NCBI GenBank assembly: GCA_003243455.1
Contig: QFQS01000013.1
Location: 2,348 to 32,347 of the forward strand
Direction: 5' to 3'
Length of the DNA: 30,000 nucleotides
Origin: Cereibacter sphaeroides
GTDB lineage: Bacteria > Pseudomonadota > Alphaproteobacteria > Rhodobacterales > Rhodobacteraceae
The position numbers and the translations under genes were made by a program. Below the pieces are notes generated by a model. The model made no database searches and had not been told where the DNA came from. It saw only the letters and a program-made list of their open reading frames with translations. This document shows, piece after piece, positions 23,152-30,000 of this stretch (position 1 is its first letter; the number at the start of each line of letters is the position of its first letter).

Positions 23152-24414
23152 TTACGCGGGCTGCTTCGGCAGTAACAGCCCCACATATTCCGGGACCAGT
23201 ACGGACACGCCGTAAAGCGTGGTAAAACGAGCCGTACACACGCCCGCGATGTGGTTGAAGTCCCAGGACATGATCAGGGTAGCGCCGTTCTTCGTGCGGC
23301 TACGCATGACTTTCGGCCCCATGTCGGACGGGAATGCCAGGTTGCCGAACATGAGTTCTACGGAGCCGTCGGCCCATGCCAGGTTTCCGTTAGCGGCCAC
23401 TTTGTTGATCACGGTGATAGCCGCGCCGCTTGCTGCGTTGGCGTCAACGTTAGCATACGGACGAGACGGCAGATCCGCGTTATTGACCGGGAGGATCTGC
23501 GGGGTGATCGTGATGTTGTTGCCGGAAACGTCCAGGACGCGGAACGTCTGGAGCTGGTCGGTCGTGTCCTTGCTGATCATATGGACGGAGTGAACGCCCG
23601 CGATCGTGAACGCGTCGCCCGCTTTCAGACCGTGACCAGCGGAAACGGCGATGATGCCCTGGCGGTTATCGATCGGGACGTCGTTCGCGTTTTTGGACTG
23701 GACTTTGTGCGCCGGGGCAGCGGTCAGGGTGATCGCGCCAGTCGGGCCAGCGCCTACGCGCGGAGCCAGATCGACCTTGTAAGCGTCAAAGCTCGCAATG
23801 TCCGGGATTTTCGCCTTTTCGAAAGCGCTCTGGTTGATGCCTGCGGAGTACGCACGGCCCGCCAGCTCGCCCGCGATATCTTTGTAAGAGAACGGCTCTA
23901 CAAAGGCGCGGCGAGGGACGCCCATCGGGATCCCGATAGAGGTCATTTTCGCGTCCAGGGTCGCGAAACCGTTCCACAGGTCTTTACCCAGCGTACCCGT
24001 AGAGTTATCGCCTACGGTTGCGACCTGAGTCGCGTAACGGCCTGCGGTGTTCGCCACGTCAGAATCGATCTGAGCGGCCAGACGCAGGGCAGCGGCGCGG
24101 CCCATTTCTTTCATGTACTCCGGGCGACGCATTTCGCGCGCGTCCAGTTTCCACAGGACGTTCTGAGGCTCTTTGAACGCAGACGGGACCAGACGCTCCA
24201 CGATATCGGTCGGCTGTTTGGAGGTCAGATCCAGACCTTCGACGATATCAGCGTGGTAACGCTGCGGGCGATAGATGACGTCACCTGCTTTCTGCATGGT
24301 TTCATCATCCGGGCGGTATTTGGAGGCGTTGTTAGACATTACGCAGGCAGCGTCAAAGCTCTCTACGTACTCCTCCCACATAATTTCTACTTGCTTTGCT
24401 ACCTGGTTAGCCAT
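23152..24414 (-). CDS. Major capsid (coat) protein, P22 gp5-like
   Basis: 420 aa from the ATG (MANQVAKQ), with GGAG 9 nt upstream; the start at 24429 in the track is a TTG. The size, position and C-terminus ...YGVSVLVPEYVGLLLPKQPA parallel P22 ...[21 protein letters not shown] (from memory). Confidence 0.9.
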   Translation of the reverse strand: MANQVAKQVEIMWEEYVESFDAACVMSNNASKYRPDDETMQKAGDVIYRPQRYHADIVEGLDLTSKQPTDIVERLVPSAFKEPQNVLWKLDAREMRRPEYMKEMGRAAALRLAAQIDSDVANTAGRYATQVATVGDNSTGTLGKDLWNGFATLDAKMTSIGIPMGVPRRAFVEPFSYKDIAGELAGRAYSAGINQSAFEKAKIPDIASFDAYKVDLAPRVGAGPTGAITLTAAPAHKVQSKNANDVPIDNRQGIIAVSAGHGLKAGDAFTIAGVHSVHMISKDTTDQLQTFRVLDVSGNNITITPQILPVNNADLPSRPYANVDANAASGAAITVINKVAANGNLAWADGSVELMFGNLAFPSDMGPKVMRSRTKNGATLIMSWDFNHIAGVCTARFTTLYGVSVLVPEYVGLLLPKQPA

Positions 24415-24447
24415 TCTCTGTTTCTCCAACCGATGGGCGAATAGGGT

Positions 24448-25419
24448 TTAGTCTTTCTTCTCTAACTTTGCTTTCAGCTCAAAATATGCGTCCCAGTTGC
24501 CGGAGCTGCGCGCTTTTTCCTTCGCTGCTTCGAGCTGGCCGATATTTTTAGCGCCGCCGTTGCCTTTCACCTGCGGAGCGCCGTTAACGTCTTTCTTCGC
24601 TCTCGGCGCGGTCCCTGCTCGGCGATCAATGTCGGCGATCAGGTAGCCCAGGCGAATATGGTCGTTATTATAGGCGTCCTCGATCTCTTGTCGCAATTTT
24701 TCGTTACGCGCAAGAGCCATAACGGTAAGGGTAGGCTTTTGGCTGTTCAGAAGCAAAGCGGCTTGCAGCGGCTCCGGCAGGGACGACACGATCTCCTCTG
24801 CCTGCTCATAGCCTGCGAATTTCTTCACGGCCACGGCGCGCTCCTGCTTGTACACTTCGCCGCGCTCCTGGATACGCGTCTGGAATTGCTCGGCCTTAGC
24901 CTGCTGGGTTTTCTGGTGAGCTTCGGCCTCGGCCTTTTGCTCATACCATTTGTCCATCGCCTCGGCCAGCTTGCCCTCGTCCCAGTCGATCCCCTCGTCG
25001 CCTAATTGCGGCTTAGGCGGCAGATTGTCGAGACTGGTCGCGGTCTTGTGTTCGGTCTGGGTGGATTTCTGTTTGAGCTGGCGGGACTGCTCGCGGAGCT
25101 GCGCGCGTAATTTCTTCACCAGCTCGGAGTCGTTCGCGCCGTCCTCTACCTCGTCAGGATCCGCCAGGGGCTGGCCGTCGAAGGTAAACTCCTCGCCCTC
25201 GTCCTCGCCGTTCGGATCGTCGGTGGTGGTGCGCTGGCGCTCCGGGTCGTCGTCGTTGTCGTTCGGATCACCTTCGCCGCGCTCGCCATTGTCGCCCGGA
25301 TCGGAGTCGTCGGTGGTGGTGTCTGCGGTCTGTTCAGCCGCTCCGCCGCCAGCGTCGCCGCCCTGAGTGCCGTCGTCAAAGGCTGCGTAGTATTTTAACC
25401 ATGCGTTACGAAATTTCAT
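24448..25419 (-). CDS. Scaffolding protein
   Basis: 323 aa. It is highly charged, with an acidic Gly/Asp-rich N-terminal third, long helices and a basic C-terminal helix-turn-helix-like end. It lies directly upstream of the coat gene, as P22 gene 8 does. Confidence 0.8.
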   Translation of the reverse strand: MKFRNAWLKYYAAFDDGTQGGDAGGGAAEQTADTTTDDSDPGDNGERGEGDPNDNDDDPERQRTTTDDPNGEDEGEEFTFDGQPLADPDEVEDGANDSELVKKLRAQLREQSRQLKQKSTQTEHKTATSLDNLPPKPQLGDEGIDWDEGKLAEAMDKWYEQKAEAEAHQKTQQAKAEQFQTRIQERGEVYKQERAVAVKKFAGYEQAEEIVSSLPEPLQAALLLNSQKPTLTVMALARNEKLRQEIEDAYNNDHIRLGYLIADIDRRAGTAPRAKKDVNGAPQVKGNGGAKNIGQLEAAKEKARSSGNWDAYFELKAKLEKKD

Positions 25420-25476
25420 TGTAGATCCCCGTTTTGTTGCATACGCGATGTATTTCGCCCATCGGTGGCGGGGATA

Positions 25477-25506
25477 AGTGTAAGAGAAGTTTTACATCAT
25501 ATGCAA
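25477..25506 (-). promoter_or_regulatory. Weak candidate promoter ahead of scaffold and coat
   Basis: The minus strand reads TTGCAT-18 nt-TACACT in the 127-nt gap. It is flanked by the direct repeat GGTGGCGGG (25464-25472 and 25538-25546, + strand). Confidence 0.25.
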
Positions 25507-25546
25507 GGGGGAAAGGTTTAAGGCCGATCCCCCCAGAGGTGGCGGG

Positions 25547-25813
25547 CTATTTCGTGGCGGCTTTCACGAGGCATTGAGACAGATAGAGCGCCTCGTGGTG
25601 CGGCGGGACCGAAGCGGGGATCACGTAGTACAGCGCGACGTTAGGCCCCGTGTTCGCGTGGATCATTTCGCTGGCGACTATCCGCCACTTTTCGCCGTCC
25701 GGCCCGGTCAGGATGCCGTCGAGGTCGTGGAGTTCTTCCTTGACCTGCGCGATCCGGTTTAACGTTGTCGGTCCCTTCCCTGGGAACGCGAGATAGTGAT
25801 GGACGGTTTTCAA
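25547..25813 (-). CDS. Hypothetical protein (88 aa), cassette gene d
   Basis: The TTG start overlaps the upstream TGA (TTGA). It has strong G/C third-position bias like neighbouring genes. I recognise no motif. Confidence 0.55.
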   Translation of the reverse strand: MKTVHHYLAFPGKGPTTLNRIAQVKEELHDLDGILTGPDGEKWRIVASEMIHANTGPNVALYYVIPASVPPHHEALYLSQCLVKAATK

Positions 25814-26280
25814 AATGGTATGTCCAGCGGCTTGTCGTTGTTGGCCGGAGGAACGATCTCGGCGTCCTCCACGTCCTCCGCTTTGCGCGGGTTCACTTCG
25901 CGGGCTGCGTCCGCTGCGGCCACAAAATCGCCCTCCAGCGGCCCCTTGTAGGTCAGTTGTTTAATGCTTGCGATATCTGCGAGGAGCTTCGACTCTGCCA
26001 CTACAAAGTCGGCGCGGAGTTTCTGGAGTCCGGCTTCCATGATCGGGAGGCTGATCTCTGCCTGCTCCTCGGCGGTCGGCATGGTGTAATCAATATCGAT
26101 CTCGATCTCTTTTAACAGGACGTAAGCCGCATTTTTGCCGCCTGAATTAATATGCTCCTGGACGCCCCAGATCGCGCCGTAATCGTAACTTTCCACGGAC
26201 ACGGATCCGCGCTTGTCGCCGACCTGGCTACCTTCGGCCACGCAAAGGCAAACGTACATTGTTTTTTTGATAGTTGGCAT
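25810..26280 (-). CDS. Hypothetical acidic protein (156 aa), cassette gene c
   Basis: ATG start with an AGAGGA RBS. It has no TM segment and no recognised motif. Confidence 0.7.
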   Translation of the reverse strand: MPTIKKTMYVCLCVAEGSQVGDKRGSVSVESYDYGAIWGVQEHINSGGKNAAYVLLKEIEIDIDYTMPTAEEQAEISLPIMEAGLQKLRADFVVAESKLLADIASIKQLTYKGPLEGDFVAAADAAREVNPRKAEDVEDAEIVPPANNDKPLDIPF

Positions 26281-26304
26281 TGTCTCTAATCCTCTTTGGG
26301 GTGG

Positions 26305-26322
26305 GGCGGGACGATGCCCGCC
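26305..26322 (-). other. GC stem-loop between cassette genes b and c, with no U tract
   Basis: GGCGGG-acgatg-CCCGCC. Confidence 0.4.
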
Positions 26323-26329
26323 GCCGGGG

Positions 26330-26746
26330 TTATTTGTTGCGAGCGCCGATCATGCCCTGCCACATGAAAACGACGGTATCAGATAACAGCGCTTTCACCT
26401 CGTCCTCGCCCATCTGCTCATAAAGCGAATCAAGCGCGCCGGGGATCTGCTCCCATAGTGCCTTTTGACCTTCCTCCACCTGCGCGTCCGTCGGCTGGAG
26501 CTGGACCTCGATCGGGGAGGGTTCAGTGTCGCCGGACTTTACGCGGGGGTGAGCGTTAGCCATGAGGGCCTCGGCTTGCATACCCACCAGCGCGAACGCC
26601 GTCGCCAGTGCCGCCAGATCCTCCTCGGTCGGCTGCTGGATAAACATCTGGGCCAGGCGGGCCTCCATAGTGCGGACCTTATCGCCGATCCCGTTCTCGT
26701 CGCACTCGGCCAGAATGATCGCGCGCGCTGCTTTTACTTGATCCAT
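26330..26746 (-). CDS. Hypothetical strongly acidic helical protein (138 aa), cassette gene b
   Basis: By my count it has roughly 23 Asp+Glu against 11 Lys+Arg. I recognise no motif. Confidence 0.7.
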   Translation of the reverse strand: MDQVKAARAIILAECDENGIGDKVRTMEARLAQMFIQQPTEEDLAALATAFALVGMQAEALMANAHPRVKSGDTEPSPIEVQLQPTDAQVEEGQKALWEQIPGALDSLYEQMGEDEVKALLSDTVVFMWQGMIGARNK

Positions 26747-26772
26747 TGTGTTCTCTCTCGTCGGTTAATGAT

Positions 26773-26790
26773 GCCCCGGCGGTCCGGGGC
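26773..26790 (-). other. GC stem-loop between cassette genes a and b, with no U tract
   Basis: GCCCCGG-cggt-CCGGGGC. Confidence 0.4.
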
Positions 26791-26797
26791 GGTCTGG

Positions 26798-27235
26798 TTA
26801 TGCGTTGCCCTGCGCCTGAGCTGCCAGGAGCTGGATAATCGGCTCCACGTCGGCCTCCGCCGCCGGGATAGGCAGGTCAACCACGCCGCGCGGCTCGCCT
26901 TTGGTAATGTGGAATTTCCAGATCGCCATCACGTCGTCCAGCGAGTAGCCCGCCAGGATCTCCTCGTGGATCTTCTGCGCGCCGTTGGTTTCGTTAAACT
27001 CCAGGACCTGATCAACGGTCGGCATCTGGTTCCCAAATTTCGCCATTGTGCGGGCCATAACGACCACGCCGACGCCACGGGACAGGAAGGTGTTACCCTG
27101 CTCACCGCCGGAAACCATCACGGCGATCTCCGGCTCGTCGGTGTTAGGGTGGTAGGCAAGGGCGAGGGTAACGAAGCCGCCGCGCGGAGTGACTTCGAAA
27201 ACGCGGGCTGCTGGGGTGGTGGTGATTTCTTTCAT
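26798..27235 (-). CDS. Hypothetical acidic protein (145 aa), cassette gene a
   Basis: ATG start with an AGAGGA RBS. The sequence looks mixed alpha/beta. I recognise no motif. Confidence 0.7.
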   Translation of the reverse strand: MKEITTTPAARVFEVTPRGGFVTLALAYHPNTDEPEIAVMVSGGEQGNTFLSRGVGVVVMARTMAKFGNQMPTVDQVLEFNETNGAQKIHEEILAGYSLDDVMAIWKFHITKGEPRGVVDLPIPAAEADVEPIIQLLAAQAQGNA

Positions 27236-27253
27236 GGTGTCCTCTCTCGGTTA

Positions 27254-27269
27254 ATCACGATAGCGTGAT
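27254..27269. promoter_or_regulatory. Perfect palindrome ATCACG-ATAG-CGTGAT, a candidate operator in the cassette leader
   Basis: A 6-bp inverted repeat with a 4-bp spacer lies between the putative -10 (27282-27287) and the RBS of cassette gene a. Its half-site equals the ATCACG(C) motif found in the early promoters. Confidence 0.45.
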
Positions 27270-27276
27270 GTTGTGT

Positions 27277-27305
27277 GAGAAAGAATAGCCCGGACGTACC
27301 GGGCT
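27277..27305 (-). terminator. Terminator-like hairpin directly after the portal gene
   Basis: The minus strand reads AGCCCGG-tacgt-CCGGGCT followed by ATTCTTTCTC. Confidence 0.5.
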
Positions 27306-27310
27306 GTAAA
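27282..27310 (-). promoter_or_regulatory. Putative promoter for the four-gene cassette, overlapping the portal terminator hairpin
   Basis: The minus strand reads TTTACA-17 nt-TATTCT. The -10 and leader 15-mer TATTCTTTCTCACAC (27273-27287) is identical to 3134-3148. Confidence 0.4.
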
Positions 27311-27336
27311 GTGTTTTTTTAATGGAATCGTTAAAT

Positions 27337-29571
27337 TTATTGCGCGGCACGTTCCAGGGTGCTGTCGGCCTGCTGCTGCGCCTGGCGCTCGGCCAGTTGC
27401 TGCGCTGCGCGGTCGCTCTGGATCTGGTGGCCCTGCCCGATGGATTTCAGGAACAAGTCGGCCTGTTTGTGCGCGTCCTGGCTCTGGGCGGTGACGTACT
27501 TCTGGAGGATAGCCACGGCGGCCATTAGCTGATCCTGCGGGATAGCTGCGGCCTCGGCCATCGTCTTGACGGTCTGCGCCTGCTTGAGCTGGCCGTCTGC
27601 CTGCGTCCCCTGCGCCTTGAGCTGCAATTCTAAGCGCTTGTTGTCCTGCTCCATAACGGCGGCCTTGCCCTGGTCTGCCACGCCCTGCGCTGCGACCATC
27701 TGCGCGTCCGGCTGGTCCTGCTGGCTCTGCTGGGCCTGCGCTACCATCTGTTTTTCCTCGTCCGTCTGCGGCTTCACAATGCCGGAGAGTAAAAGCTGGT
27801 TGCGGGTGTACTCTTTGAAGTCCTGGAGGCCCTCGCCGTCCATGTTCGCAATGATCAGGCTCATGACGATCGTCGCGTTAGGGTCGCCCGGTTGCATGGT
27901 CGCTAACAGGTTAGTCAGGCTGCGGACGGTCTGCTGGCGTCGCGTCTGGGAGGACTCGCCGACGTCGGCAACAATTTCATATTTGCCGCGCTTGAGGTCG
28001 TTAATCGCGATCACTTCCTTCGTCTCGCGATCGACGACTTTCCCGGTCATTAACACGAGGTCGTCGCTCCCGTCCTCCTGCTGGATCCTCACGTAAGACT
28101 CGGAGCCGTAAACCTTGCGAGCGGCGGACAGGTAGACGCGGCCACAATGGCGCAACGTCTTAGCCAGGTTGTCCATGTAGAGCGCGCCCTGGCCGTCCAT
28201 GCGGGCGAAAATAGCCTCCACGGTTTCGGTCGCCAGGTTAGACGGCAGCGCTTCGAGCTGGGAGGATCCGACAATCTGCTGGATAGTCGCCCCGGTGTAC
28301 TGGAGGACGGCAGCGAGCGCCGGAGAGAGCGGAGTCGCCGGAGTATAGCCCAGCGGTCCGGCCTGCTGGACGACCTCACCAGACGCATTACGGAGCGATT
28401 TAGCGGGCAGGTATGCGGGGCGCTTCGTGTTGCGATCCCCCCAGGCGTTGGCGAGATTCCCAGGGATCATGTCGATATCCATGATCGGGATGTTGTCGCC
28501 GCCTGCCTGCGCGGCCTGGTCGGCCATCATGGACACGATCAGGTTTTCAAGACGCTGGGCGTCCATCGCGAGCGTGGCGTGGCCCATCACGCGCTCCTGG
28601 TTGTCGATAAACGAGCGGCGCGCGTTGAAGATAAAGACCGGGATCCATTCGAACGGGATCAGCTTCGGCTCCTCGATCCACTCCCCGCCGGAAAACAGGC
28701 CGCAATAGACCTTACGACGTTTGACGCGGCGATCCTTGAGCTTTTTCCAGCCTGCGGCCTTAAGCTCGTCGAAAACCTGCTCCATGTCGTCCTCGTCGTA
28801 TACCTCCGTTTCCCCGGTGAGCGGGTTCTGGTAGGAGATCACGGTGGTGTCCTCGATCTTCACCTCATAGTAACGGGCGATATAAATCGCGTCTTTAGAG
28901 GCCCAGTCAAACCATTTGCCCGTGTTCAGCTCCATGAGGTCCTCCGGGGCCATCGCGTCCGGGTAACGCTCCTCGTACTTCTCCGGGGTCATGCTGAATA
29001 GCTCGGCCATCCACATAGCATCACTGCGATCGTACATTTTGGAGTCAGGATCGACAAAGAGGCACGAGGCCGGATCGTAGATCGGGTAAAAGACGATATG
29101 ACGCTCCTCATTGTCGGGATCAAATTCGTCCTCCAGCTCCGTGTCCATGCGAAACGCGCCCATCCCGCCGTCGATGCCGTCGCCGTAAGTGTTATCGACG
29201 GACTCCGGCCCGTTGCTCTCGTTGTAGTCGGCGCGGAATTTGCCGTTTAGCTTGTCGGCCAGCTCCTCGGATGCCTTTTCGTCCTTCGGACGGAATACCA
29301 CGGAGACACGGTTAAGGCGGTAATCGGTGATCAGGCGGTCGCACTCGCGGGCCACTTTGTTAAGTTCGAATCGAGGGTATTTCTCGAATCGTTCATCATC
29401 CATCGCAAAGCCGGAGTTAGTTGATCCTTCCCACTGCGCGCCCGGAATACGGACAAAGCGCTGGGTTTCGATCATTTTCTTGCGGCTTTGCTCCTCGCTG
29501 GCGATCGTCTGGCTCAGGCGCTTACGCGCCGTCTCATGCCAGTTCTGGGCCGATTTGGTGACTCGTGCCAT
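27337..29571 (-). CDS. Portal protein (P22 gp1-like, with a long C-terminal helical barrel)
   Basis: 744 aa. IARYYEVKIEDTTVISYQNPLTGETEVY...LKDRRVKRRKVY matches P22 [28 protein letters not shown]...IAERQIKRRRVY. The C-terminal GIVKPQTDEEKQMVAQAQQSQQDQPDAQMVAAQGV matches [36 protein letters not shown] (from memory). A GGAGA RBS is present. Confidence 0.95.
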   Translation of the reverse strand: MARVTKSAQNWHETARKRLSQTIASEEQSRKKMIETQRFVRIPGAQWEGSTNSGFAMDDERFEKYPRFELNKVARECDRLITDYRLNRVSVVFRPKDEKASEELADKLNGKFRADYNESNGPESVDNTYGDGIDGGMGAFRMDTELEDEFDPDNEERHIVFYPIYDPASCLFVDPDSKMYDRSDAMWMAELFSMTPEKYEERYPDAMAPEDLMELNTGKWFDWASKDAIYIARYYEVKIEDTTVISYQNPLTGETEVYDEDDMEQVFDELKAAGWKKLKDRRVKRRKVYCGLFSGGEWIEEPKLIPFEWIPVFIFNARRSFIDNQERVMGHATLAMDAQRLENLIVSMMADQAAQAGGDNIPIMDIDMIPGNLANAWGDRNTKRPAYLPAKSLRNASGEVVQQAGPLGYTPATPLSPALAAVLQYTGATIQQIVGSSQLEALPSNLATETVEAIFARMDGQGALYMDNLAKTLRHCGRVYLSAARKVYGSESYVRIQQEDGSDDLVLMTGKVVDRETKEVIAINDLKRGKYEIVADVGESSQTRRQQTVRSLTNLLATMQPGDPNATIVMSLIIANMDGEGLQDFKEYTRNQLLLSGIVKPQTDEEKQMVAQAQQSQQDQPDAQMVAAQGVADQGKAAVMEQDNKRLELQLKAQGTQADGQLKQAQTVKTMAEAAAIPQDQLMAAVAILQKYVTAQSQDAHKQADLFLKSIGQGHQIQSDRAAQQLAERQAQQQADSTLERAAQ

Positions 29572-29588
29572 TGTGTTCTCCGTGGGTG

Positions 29589-30000
29589 TCAGTAGTTGCT
29601 CGGCACATTATAGCCGTGATAGTCGTCGTTTTTCACGCGCTCCGGCGGCTGCATCAACATGCAAAGCACGTCGGCCATGCCTGGCGATTTCATTTTGAGC
29701 TTGGTCCGCATCTGCGGCTTAGGCATACGGGCAAACTTGCCGTTGGTGTTGTATACGCGCGGAATACGGCAGACCTCGGCGCGTAACTTCTGCATATGCT
29801 CCCCGATCCCGGCCTTGTCCAGACTGATCAGCTCCTCCGGGTTGTGGTAGATGCCTTTCACGACGGCCTCGTAAGTCTTTTCGAATCGGCGGCGTAACAG
29901 GTAGATATCCTGGCTCCCCCTGTTCGCAAAAGCATCAACATTTTTCAGGAGGTTGTCGCCCTCGGTCTTGTTATTGAGCCAGTGATCCAGCTCCACCAGC
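29589..30000 (-). CDS. Terminase large subunit, C-terminal part (5' end outside the window)
   Basis: The ORF is open to the window edge. ...YLLRRRFEKTYEAVVKGIYHNPEELISL......LRAEV..I......NGKF...PK..M.K.LKMKSPGMADVLCM is the typical end of TerL nuclease domains. It lies immediately upstream of the portal gene. Confidence 0.85.
   Translation of the reverse strand, partial: LVELDHWLNNKTEGDNLLKNVDAFANRGSQDIYLLRRRFEKTYEAVVKGIYHNPEELISLDKAGIGEHMQKLRAEVCRIPRVYNTNGKFARMPKPQMRTKLKMKSPGMADVLCMLMQPPERVKNDDYHGYNVPSNY

Noticed and set aside
24415-24429. Upstream TTG start (MEKQR...) for the coat gene
   Set aside because: The first codon of the track ORF is TTG and has no SD. The ATG at 24414 has GGAG 9 nt upstream.
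23251-24444. 397-aa ORF on the plus strand
   Set aside because: It is antisense to the P22-like coat gene. It is a shadow ORF rich in Arg/Val/Asp and is implausible as a second gene.
1-30000. Search for tRNA/rRNA genes, CRISPR arrays, integrase/att sites, transposases and reverse transcriptase (DGR/retron)
   Set aside because: - No intergenic gap exceeds ~165 nt.
- I saw no repeat-spacer structure.
- No ORF carries integrase (R..H.xR..Y), transposase (DDE) or RT (YxDD) signatures that I could recognise.

Overview
The window is a dense, GC-rich segment of a tailed bacteriophage or prophage. The host is almost certainly an enterobacterium, because the SSB is near-identical to E. coli SSB as I remember it.

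Layout:
- (i) 1-737 (+): end of a lysis cassette, with a lambda R-like endolysin C-terminus and an embedded Rz/Rz1-type spanin pair.
- (ii) 763-1764 (-): an orphan protein with three tandem Ig-like domains.
- (iii) 1865-6245 (-): an 'early-left' gene set. It holds a Zn-ribbon/Toprim primase, a Dam-family N6-adenine MTase, a truncated beta-clamp (DnaN) homologue, a degenerate C5-MTase-like protein and several small ORFans, including a tandem GcrA/Myb-like HTH protein.
- (iv) 6314-12195 (+): an 'early-right' gene set with SF2 helicase, VRR-NUC, PD-(D/E)XK exonuclease, ERF annealase, SSB, an HNH-like protein, an XRE HTH protein and one ORFan.
- (v) 12240-30000 (-): a late virion operon syntenic with phage P22. 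The order is TerL, portal, [4 extra genes], scaffold, coat, [1 extra gene], gp4-, gp10-, gp26-, gp14-, gp7-, gp20- and gp16-like genes, then tailspike.

No tRNA, rRNA, CRISPR array, integrase or transposase was seen.

Most interesting observations:
- A four-gene acidic ORFan cassette sits between the portal and scaffold genes. It carries an early-type promoter and a palindromic operator.
- An MTase / mini-clamp / MTase-like trio lies in a genome whose GATC content is about 3-fold over-represented by hand count.
- An ATCACG motif recurs in essentially every early-region promoter.
- An SLT-ejection protein fusion is marked by a duplicated NFFDQFD motif.

All homology statements are from my own pattern recognition and remembered reference sequences, not from database searches.
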